Positions 57,351-64,000 of a stretch of DNA of 64,000 nucleotides are shown here, piece after piece. The stretch is taken from IMG/VR virus record IMGVR_UViG_3300037483_001818. One strand, given 5' to 3'. The position numbers and the translations under genes were made by a program. The notes beneath the pieces were generated by a model, which was not told the origin of the DNA, ran no database searches, and worked only from the letters and a program-made list of their open reading frames with translations. The stretch comes from a virus. Taxonomy: Duplodnaviria > Heunggongvirae > Uroviricota > Caudoviricetes. The first letter of the stretch is position 1. Every line of letters begins with the position of its first letter.

Positions 57351-57607
57351 CCGAACGAGGAACAGCCATGTTTGAGATCGAGCGGCTGCCAGGCAAGTCT
57401 CCACTCTCCCCGTATCGTTTTCAGAGTGATGACGACGCGATGGGTGGCCACTGGACGTTTCAGACCACCCAGGAAGTAGGTACGTTCTTTTGGGGCCGGG
57501 ACGTGGCGCTCTACCGCGTCTCCAAAGATGGGCGCGAGCTGGGCACGCCAACGACGAGCGACCTGGACGCGCTGATCGCCTGGCTGGAGCAGGAGAAGCT
57601 GTCATGA
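57347..57607 (+). CDS. hypothetical protein
   Basis: ATGA overlaps. Confidence 0.55.
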   Translation: MTERGTAMFEIERLPGKSPLSPYRFQSDDDAMGGHWTFQTTQEVGTFFWGRDVALYRVSKDGRELGTPTTSDLDALIAWLEQEKLS

Positions 57608-57710
57608 TCGACCTACCCGCTGACACGATCACTGTCGGGCTCCGGCTGCGACTTATACTTGCTCGATCAGTTGAACGATCGAGACTGCTGTCAACCACGG
57701 AGGCGCGCGC

Positions 57711-58418
57711 GTGACGGTCAGCGGCACATACGTGCGCACGTTCGACGAGGCCACCCACGCCCTGCCTGACGGCATGCACATGCACGCGGACTACCCGTTC
57801 GTGCTGCCGAAGATCGTCGGCCGCGCGCCCGATTCGATCACGATCGAGGGCCGTGGCGAAGCGAAAGTGACGTTGTCGATTCGCCGTGATGAAAAGGGAG
57901 GCGAGTTCTGTGCGCTTGAGTGGCAGCACGTGCAGATGGGCACGTTCGAACGGCTGTTCAGCCGGCCGCTGACGAGGCTCAAGCTGCTGCCGTTCAAACG
58001 GCTCGGCACGGTGAACCAAATCGACGCCACGACGCCGAGCGCGTGCGAAGGCACGTGGATCACCTATGCGCCGACAGACAACCTGCGTTGGGTCTCATGG
58101 GAGCAGCACGGCGACGCCGAACACGATCCGGACTGCCGTCCCGTCGCTTGGCCTCCACCACCAGAGGTCCTGGCCTTCTGGGAGTCGGGCCTTGGCGGTG
58201 GCGAGGGCGCGGACGCCTACTGCACGGTCGTCGCACTCATGCGCGCACCGAGCGAGGATGCCGCAGCAACCATCGTCAAAAAGGCGTGGACGCCGGGCGT
58301 TGGCGAGTGGCGCTTCAACCGCGAGTACGGCAAGGACGTGCCACCCGGCGAACGCTTCCCACCGCCGAAGTGGTCGATCCAACTGAAGCGTTGGCCCTGG
58401 ACGAAGGAGCAGCCGTGA
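57711..58418 (+). CDS. Trp/Pro-rich two-domain hypothetical protein
   Basis: GGAGG RBS; overlaps. Confidence 0.65.
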   Translation: MTVSGTYVRTFDEATHALPDGMHMHADYPFVLPKIVGRAPDSITIEGRGEAKVTLSIRRDEKGGEFCALEWQHVQMGTFERLFSRPLTRLKLLPFKRLGTVNQIDATTPSACEGTWITYAPTDNLRWVSWEQHGDAEHDPDCRPVAWPPPPEVLAFWESGLGGGEGADAYCTVVALMRAPSEDAAATIVKKAWTPGVGEWRFNREYGKDVPPGERFPPPKWSIQLKRWPWTKEQP

Positions 58419-58687
58419 CAGAAGGCGATCTCAAGGACATCTGGCAAGAGGTTGATGAAGCGCTGTCCCCGACGAACGTTCTCGACGGCGACTACAAGAA
58501 GTGCCTCGACGTCACGACGTGCATCGACGGTGGCGACAAGGGGGAGCCGGTGTTCGTCTTTGAAGCAAAGAGCCCGCGAACCGCCGTGAATGACCTCGCG
58601 ATGTCGGTCTACTGGAGTACCGACTCACGTGCCGAGGCCGCGGCATTCCTCCGCCAGCTTGCCAGCAAGATCGAGGAAGGCACATGA
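58415..58687 (+). CDS. hypothetical protein
   Basis: AAGGAG RBS; overlaps. Confidence 0.6.
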   Translation: MTEGDLKDIWQEVDEALSPTNVLDGDYKKCLDVTTCIDGGDKGEPVFVFEAKSPRTAVNDLAMSVYWSTDSRAEAAAFLRQLASKIEEGT

Positions 58688-59421
58688 CGGGCGACGATCT
58701 CAAGCGCATGCAGGACGGCTTCCTCAAAGGAGCGAAGACGCTCCTTTGTCAGTACGAACAACTCCGACCTGTGGGCTTCGTCATCACGCTGTACAAGCAC
58801 GTCGAGAAGCTGTTCGAGAGTGGCTGGGGCATCGAGTTCATCGATCCCAAGAGCTGCGTGGGCGTAAACGGCGACGGCACCGCCACGCTCGTGCTCGATC
58901 TCACGATGGGCTGGAAACGGCTCTATCACGCCGTCGTGACCGTGTTCCCCGAGACCAAGGAAGTGCTGTCACCGATGATCACTCTCGCCGAGACCATTGC
59001 CATCGACGATCCGTACAAGCGGGTGATGCGGCCGTTTCTGGCGCACACACAGATGGACGAGAAAGACATCATCGCCGCCACAATGCGCCACGTTTGCGGA
59101 AAGGTCGACGCCTATGCCAGCATCTTCCAAGCGGAGGCGTGGAGGCGTGACGTCGACCTCGACAAGGAGAGCGAGGCCGACGTCCCCCAGAACCTGAGCA
59201 ATGACGCGAAGGCCGTCGAGGTCATCATTAGCTCGATGGAGACCTACGACTTCACACGCATGCTCAGCGTTCCGATCGTGCGCGAAGGCGGGAAGAAGCG
59301 TGATGCGGGCAAGGTCGTCGGTTTCGGAGAACTGGTCGAGGGCCTCGACACGCTGGACAACACGAACGTGGTGGATGGACGCCTCGCGCGCTTTCTCAAG
59401 CCGCTGGAGATCGCGTCGTGA
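58684..59421 (+). CDS. hypothetical protein
   Basis: Long ORF; overlaps. Confidence 0.7.
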   Translation: MTGDDLKRMQDGFLKGAKTLLCQYEQLRPVGFVITLYKHVEKLFESGWGIEFIDPKSCVGVNGDGTATLVLDLTMGWKRLYHAVVTVFPETKEVLSPMITLAETIAIDDPYKRVMRPFLAHTQMDEKDIIAATMRHVCGKVDAYASIFQAEAWRRDVDLDKESEADVPQNLSNDAKAVEVIISSMETYDFTRMLSVPIVREGGKKRDAGKVVGFGELVEGLDTLDNTNVVDGRLARFLKPLEIAS

Positions 59422-59696
59422 TCCAGATGCGCATGCAGGAGCGTCCCTACACGACGCGTGATCGCGTAAGCACGATGGGCAAGAGCTCGGTGGTCGCCGA
59501 ATGCCCGTTCTGCGGCGCCGCGGTCGTGATCTTTCTGTGGTCGATCGCCGGCAACGGCAAGAAGCTCTGCTCGTGCGGCGCTGCACTGCACTCCAATGGA
59601 ATCGCGCGCAAGCTCGTCGAGCAGGAAAACGATCCCGAGAACCATCGAGCGCCTGCTCGAGACGCGGACGGCGAGCCGGGGAACGGCAGCGAATGA
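59418..59696 (+). CDS. zinc-ribbon protein
   Basis: CPFCG...WSIAGNGKKLCSCG. Confidence 0.6.
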   Translation: MIQMRMQERPYTTRDRVSTMGKSSVVAECPFCGAAVVIFLWSIAGNGKKLCSCGAALHSNGIARKLVEQENDPENHRAPARDADGEPGNGSE

Positions 59697-59884
59697 GCAA
59701 CCCGCCGCTCACCGCGGGATTGCGGGTCGTATTCACCGAGGACCTGTCTCGGGCCAGCTTGCGCAGTCTGGCGGGCACGGTAACGGAAGTCATCGAGCAA
59801 TTCCGCGTCGGCCCGCGTGTGTGGGTACAATGGGATGACGGCGAGCTAGCGATCGAGGATCCGCGAACGTTGGTGGCGCTGTGA
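59693..59884 (+). CDS. SH3/KOW-like small protein
   Basis: GLRV...GTV...VWVQWDDG. Confidence 0.55.
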   Translation: MSNPPLTAGLRVVFTEDLSRASLRSLAGTVTEVIEQFRVGPRVWVQWDDGELAIEDPRTLVAL

Positions 59885-60396
59885 CCGCGGACGAACTGGT
59901 CAGGCTCCGCACGCTCGCCGCGAACATCGTCGCGGCGGCAGGGCTGTGCGCGGCGCATCAACTCGGCTTGGCTTCGTGTGGCTGCGACCAGGGGACGCCC
60001 TCCGACGCGTGGGTGCCGAACGTGAACGGTCGCCTTCCGCCGCAGATGTGTCCGCACGCGTCGTGGTCACGCAAGGCCCGCCGCACGTGGGACCTCGAAG
60101 ATCCGCCCGAGGCGGAGTGCGACACCTGCGGGACGCGCGCCCCTGCGTCCGCCGACATGATCGGTGAATGCCTCGTGGCGCGCTGCCCGTCGTGCACTGG
60201 GTGGACGATGTTCCACAGCAAGCCCGACAGCGAGCAGGCCAGGGATTGGACGTGGCATTGCGAAATGTCCGGCGACGTCATCGCCCGCGAGTTCGTTGGC
60301 ATTTCACCTGGCCGCGCCTGTGAGCAAGCGGATTGGCGAGCCTCCTCGCGGACCTGGTGCGCCACGCCCGAACCCGACGCAACCGAGGCTCCATGA
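59881..60396 (+). CDS. Cys-rich hypothetical protein
   Basis: Multiple CxxC; overlaps. Confidence 0.55.
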   Translation: MTADELVRLRTLAANIVAAAGLCAAHQLGLASCGCDQGTPSDAWVPNVNGRLPPQMCPHASWSRKARRTWDLEDPPEAECDTCGTRAPASADMIGECLVARCPSCTGWTMFHSKPDSEQARDWTWHCEMSGDVIAREFVGISPGRACEQADWRASSRTWCATPEPDATEAP

Positions 60397-60583
60397 CCAA
60401 GGTACATCTACTCATCGACGGGTATCGGCTGATCGCGTGCGGCGACGGCAACGGTGTGCCAAGCGACGAGGACGACACGACCACCATCTCCTGGCGTGCC
60501 TCCACCGGGGCTTCAAGCTGTACGAGGCGCTGACCGAGGCGATCGCCGTGCGTCTCGTCGAGCTCGGGGAGACGAAGCTGTGA
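60393..60583 (+). pseudogene. small gene apparently broken by frameshift/deletion near 60490
   Basis: ATGA-coupled start frame stops at 60533; a different frame ends at the GTGA overlap 60580-60583. Confidence 0.4.
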
Positions 60584-60846
60584 AGCGTATCGCCCGCAAA
60601 GCACGTCGCAGCGCTGTGAACCACGATCTCGCCAAGGCCGCCACGAACTACGGCGAGGCACTACGTCGCCAGGCCACGCTGTCCACGGCGCTCCATCTCG
60701 CATACTCGCGTGGCGAGGACGCGACCGCTCTCGATCGCGATCACTCGGCTGCGTGCGACGAGGTCGGCACCACCGAGCACGAGCTGCTCGTTTGCGCGGC
60801 GGTCGTCGGCGGGTGGACGCGCAAGGCCGCCGAAAAGTCTGTGTGA
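60580..60846 (+). CDS. hypothetical protein
   Basis: GTGA overlaps. Confidence 0.55.
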   Translation: MKRIARKARRSAVNHDLAKAATNYGEALRRQATLSTALHLAYSRGEDATALDRDHSAACDEVGTTEHELLVCAAVVGGWTRKAAEKSV

Positions 60847-60851
60847 ACCCC

Positions 60852-62900
60852 ATGTCGAACGAGCTGAACAACATCCTGAACGAGGCTATTCCTGCGTGGG
60901 CGAAGCTGACGGGTACCAAGCTCGGCGCCAGCTCGTTCTCGTTCACGCTTGGCAGTAACTCCGAATTCCAGAGCTACGATCTCAAGAAGTACGTCGATGA
61001 CTTGAACGCGTCCCGATCGCTCGACATGTCGGGGACAACGACGGTTTTGCTCCTCCGCGGTTTGTTCGAAGCGTACGTCGAGGAAAAGTCGTTCAAGGTT
61101 CATTCGCTCCTGTACGCAGCCGCCGAGGTCGAGAAAACGCTCGCCACGCTACGCGCGTTCCACGCAATGATCACGCAAGCGCCCTGCGAGGACGCCGTCA
61201 CTGCGTTCCAGGAGACGGTGCGCGCGGCGGCCGTGCACTACGGCTACGACCTCGGCAAGCTCAAGAAGCACCTCGCGGACGAGCGTGGCCTCGGCCAGCT
61301 CCGCCTCGCCGCCTCGCGTAGCCTCGGCAGACTCGCCACACACCAGTTCACGCAGGGTGCGCGAGATCCGAAGCCGCTCCAGTACAACCGCCAGATCTTC
61401 GAGTTCTCGAGCATCAACGCGTTCGTCTACGCGTTGCGCCGCCAGATGGTCTCGGGCATCACGTTGGCGCTGATCCGTTCAGGTGACGTCTACAAAACCT
61501 ACTTCGTGCTCGGGCTGCGCAATGGCGAGACGACCACGATCTTGACCGACTTCGAGGAAGGGGCGCACCCCGAGTACCACAACATGACCCGTCGTCCCGA
61601 TCGGCGTCTCGAAGAGCGGTCGCAGCAGCACTGGTTCCCGTACAGGCTCCTCGAAGAGGATCCGGTCAAGCACAAGCACCTCAAGAACAAGACCGCGCTC
61701 GTCCCGCTGGACGCCAAGGCGTTGCCGATCGAGGAGATCACGAACCTGGAGCCCTCCGAGTTCATCTGGCTCGTGCTTCTGTTCGATCTCGTCTCTACCA
61801 AGTTCGACCGCGACGATTACAAGGCGCCCGAGCTGTCGTACACAGGAGAGATGGTCGTGTCGCCCCACGCGCTCGTGGAAGCGAGCAGTGCCCTCGTGCT
61901 TGCCGGGCAGTACGCGCCGCTGATCCTGCCAAAGCTCACCGCCCGAACGGCGACGCCGGAGCTGGCAGAAAACCACAAGCCTGTCGGACACAACGCGTGG
62001 CTGGAGGAGCGCTACCGCGATCACGTGCCCGAGATCTTGCTCGACGTGGTCGGCGAACGAAAGGCTCTCGAAGTGGGCAAGGAAGCCGGCAAGCTACTCC
62101 CTGGCACGATCAAGGAAGCGAAGCTACCGACGATGCGCAAGCAACCGGGCGTCATCGGGTGGGGACCAGACTATCGTGTCGGGGCTCTTCATCCCCAGGC
62201 GCTCGATCCAACCTACTTCGGCACCCAGAAGGACATCGAGCGCACACGCGCTTGGTACGCGCGCGTGAACCTCATAAAGGCGGTCCAGCGCCTCGCGTCC
62301 GCAGAATTCGTCGCGAAGCACGAGCTGATCTTGTCGTGGTACCGCAAGCGCATCGAGCGGAACATGACCTTCATCTGGAAGGCCGTTGCGCATGCCGAGC
62401 TGATGGCCCCCATCACGACGTGGGACAGCGACGAAGATCATGGCTTCCCGTCCGAGGACAAACTGCGCTGGAAGGAGGGAAACATCCTCCAGCAGAAACA
62501 GGCTCCCAAGTACAACCCGTTCTACAGCAGCCGCGAGACCGTGCAGATCGGCGGTTGGGACAACGACCGCAACTACAACGTGTGCGCGCTCGATCCTCCC
62601 ACACGCGCGACGGTGTTCACGATCATTGAACCGGACAACCCTCGCGCGCTCGCGCTCCTGATGGGCATCCCGGAGAAGAAGATGCCGTGGCCGCTCCAGC
62701 ACTGGTCGACGCGCGAGCCGTACACCGGCAACAGCATCCTCGATCGCATCGATCCACAGGACTCACGACTCGACGACCCGTGGCGCCATCTTGAGCTGCG
62801 CCTCACGATCTCGCTCTCGAAACGCGCCTACAACCGGCTCCGCAAGGAGCACGGCCTGCCGCCCAAGGAGGTCGTGGAAGCCAAGGAGGACGCAGAATGA
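60852..62900 (+). CDS. large hypothetical protein (~680 aa)
   Basis: Longest ORF; no motif recognised. Confidence 0.8.
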   Translation: MSNELNNILNEAIPAWAKLTGTKLGASSFSFTLGSNSEFQSYDLKKYVDDLNASRSLDMSGTTTVLLLRGLFEAYVEEKSFKVHSLLYAAAEVEKTLATLRAFHAMITQAPCEDAVTAFQETVRAAAVHYGYDLGKLKKHLADERGLGQLRLAASRSLGRLATHQFTQGARDPKPLQYNRQIFEFSSINAFVYALRRQMVSGITLALIRSGDVYKTYFVLGLRNGETTTILTDFEEGAHPEYHNMTRRPDRRLEERSQQHWFPYRLLEEDPVKHKHLKNKTALVPLDAKALPIEEITNLEPSEFIWLVLLFDLVSTKFDRDDYKAPELSYTGEMVVSPHALVEASSALVLAGQYAPLILPKLTARTATPELAENHKPVGHNAWLEERYRDHVPEILLDVVGERKALEVGKEAGKLLPGTIKEAKLPTMRKQPGVIGWGPDYRVGALHPQALDPTYFGTQKDIERTRAWYARVNLIKAVQRLASAEFVAKHELILSWYRKRIERNMTFIWKAVAHAELMAPITTWDSDEDHGFPSEDKLRWKEGNILQQKQAPKYNPFYSSRETVQIGGWDNDRNYNVCALDPPTRATVFTIIEPDNPRALALLMGIPEKKMPWPLQHWSTREPYTGNSILDRIDPQDSRLDDPWRHLELRLTISLSKRAYNRLRKEHGLPPKEVVEAKEDAE

Positions 62901-63085
62901 GCACGAGAAAGGTTCGACAACCACGCGCGTGCCCAGGGATGAAGAGGGACGGCCGCTGTAGTCCTGGCGCTTGGCTCTGTCGCCTTTGCAAGCGGTGGCA
63001 TTACCTCAAACGCTGTCCGATTAGGCGCGGGACCTTGTCCACCCAGCGTGGCCGGCCGGACTTCAGCAAGTGGGATCTCCTGTGA
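62897..63085 (+). CDS. small basic Cys-rich protein
   Basis: GGAGG RBS; ATGA overlap. Confidence 0.45.
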   Translation: MSTRKVRQPRACPGMKRDGRCSPGAWLCRLCKRWHYLKRCPIRRGTLSTQRGRPDFSKWDLL

Positions 63086-63088
63086 GGC

Positions 63089-63167
63089 GGGTACGAAACT
63101 ACCCGTGTCTTGAGCACTACGGGCACTACGGCTCGGGACCTTGGCGGAGACGGGTGCGCGCCTACCC
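63089..63167. promoter_or_regulatory. pair of GGGTA-N6-TACCC palindromes (second has one mismatch)
   Basis: 63089-63104; 63152-63167 (GGGTGcgcgccTACCC). Confidence 0.75.
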
Positions 63168-63203
63168 ATGCTTGTCTCCCAAGTACTTGCACGACGTCGC
63201 AGT

Positions 63204-63219
63204 CGGCACGCGAACTGCT
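63204..63219 (+). promoter_or_regulatory. sigma54-like promoter
   Basis: CGGCACG-CGAA-CTGCT; ATG 14 nt after -12 GC. Confidence 0.65.
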
Positions 63220-63231
63220 TTATCTGCGGCC

Positions 63232-63915
63232 ATGAGCAAGTCCCAGCGCAGCAAGCGGTCCCGCGGGGTGGTCGACCGATCGGCCACCACGGACGTCCTC
63301 ACGCAGCTCGAATGTGCAATCCGTAATCCCCACGCCGCGGCGATCGGCGCCGTGGTCGGTGGCCTCGTCCCCTGGTTCGGCCGCACGCTCGCACACGTCG
63401 AGATCCCGGTGGCGTGGTCCGCTGGTAACCAGCCGTTCGCACTGGTGATGCTCGCCGTCGTGCTCGGCTGCGCGTGCTTCTCTGCGATCTCGGTCTACAA
63501 GTTCGGCAAGGCCGCGTTCGGCGACACGCGAAAGGCCCTCGGCTTCGTGCTCGCCCTGGAAGGCGTCATGCTGGTCAGCCACGGCGCCACGAGCGCCGTT
63601 GCACTCGCAGTTCTGGTCCTGATCAACGCGATCGCGAACGGTTCGGTGATCGCGCTCTCGCGTGACGCCACGCGCCGCCAGCGCGAGGCGGATGCGCGCC
63701 GCGCCGGGACCCGCGCCCGCACCCGCGCTGGCCACAACGCGCCGCACGAGCAGCCCGCGGCGCCGTCCCCGCGCCCCGCCCCTGCCATGCCGAGCCGCGC
63801 ACCCCGCCCAGCCCAGACGCCGGGCAGCGCGCTCGTCACGCCCATGTGGCGACGCGCGACGCTCGACGACGTGATCGACGCCGAGATCGTCTCCGAAGAA
63901 AGGCTCCCGTCGTGA
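63232..63915 (+). CDS. multi-TM membrane protein with Pro/Arg-rich tail
   Basis: About four hydrophobic helices. Confidence 0.7.
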   Translation: MSKSQRSKRSRGVVDRSATTDVLTQLECAIRNPHAAAIGAVVGGLVPWFGRTLAHVEIPVAWSAGNQPFALVMLAVVLGCACFSAISVYKFGKAAFGDTRKALGFVLALEGVMLVSHGATSAVALAVLVLINAIANGSVIALSRDATRRQREADARRAGTRARTRAGHNAPHEQPAAPSPRPAPAMPSRAPRPAQTPGSALVTPMWRRATLDDVIDAEIVSEERLPS

Positions 63916-64000
63916 CCGCTGCCGCCCTTCGTGCCCGCGTCTTCAGCTATGGCCCCGGTCCGCACTCGATCAGAGATCACGTCCAACTCGCGATTCAGGC

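Overview
GC-rich (roughly 65% by eye), gene-dense DNA made mostly of short hypothetical ORFs in long translationally coupled (ATGA/GTGA-overlap) operons. I found no housekeeping genes, rRNA, tRNA, CRISPR array or integrase. This looks like the accessory region of a very large phage or phage-like element. An FHA protein, a Cys-rich lipoprotein and sigma54-type promoters suggest a myxobacterial/deltaproteobacterial host (inference). Recognisable products include a peptidoglycan-binding lysin next to a holin-like gene, three collagen-like (GPT-repeat) proteins, a truncated RadA/Sms ATPase, RNase H-like, BtpA-like, GNAT (x2), AAA_33 kinase, dual-specificity phosphatase, LuxR, a sigma70-region-4 protein and orphan toxin-antitoxin parts. 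Three hidden systems stand out. (1) A ~16-aa peptide tag, KK(S/T)xxQL(D/N/Q/A)REIxxxL, occurs in 11 otherwise unrelated proteins, often beside an H(A/S/T)T motif at domain junctions; it is a candidate virion-cargo targeting plus processing signal. (2) Six transcription units are headed by a sigma54-like -24/-12 promoter placed so the mRNA is essentially leaderless, each with one or two GGGTA-N6-TACCC palindromes at a near-fixed distance upstream; this is a candidate enhancer regulon. (3) A second leaderless class (TAnnnT 5-9 nt before the start codon) drives solitary genes including most tagged and collagen genes, and a family of non-coding repeats brackets two small islands. All family assignments come from motif recognition by eye, not database searches; many start codons are my choice within the supplied ORFs.
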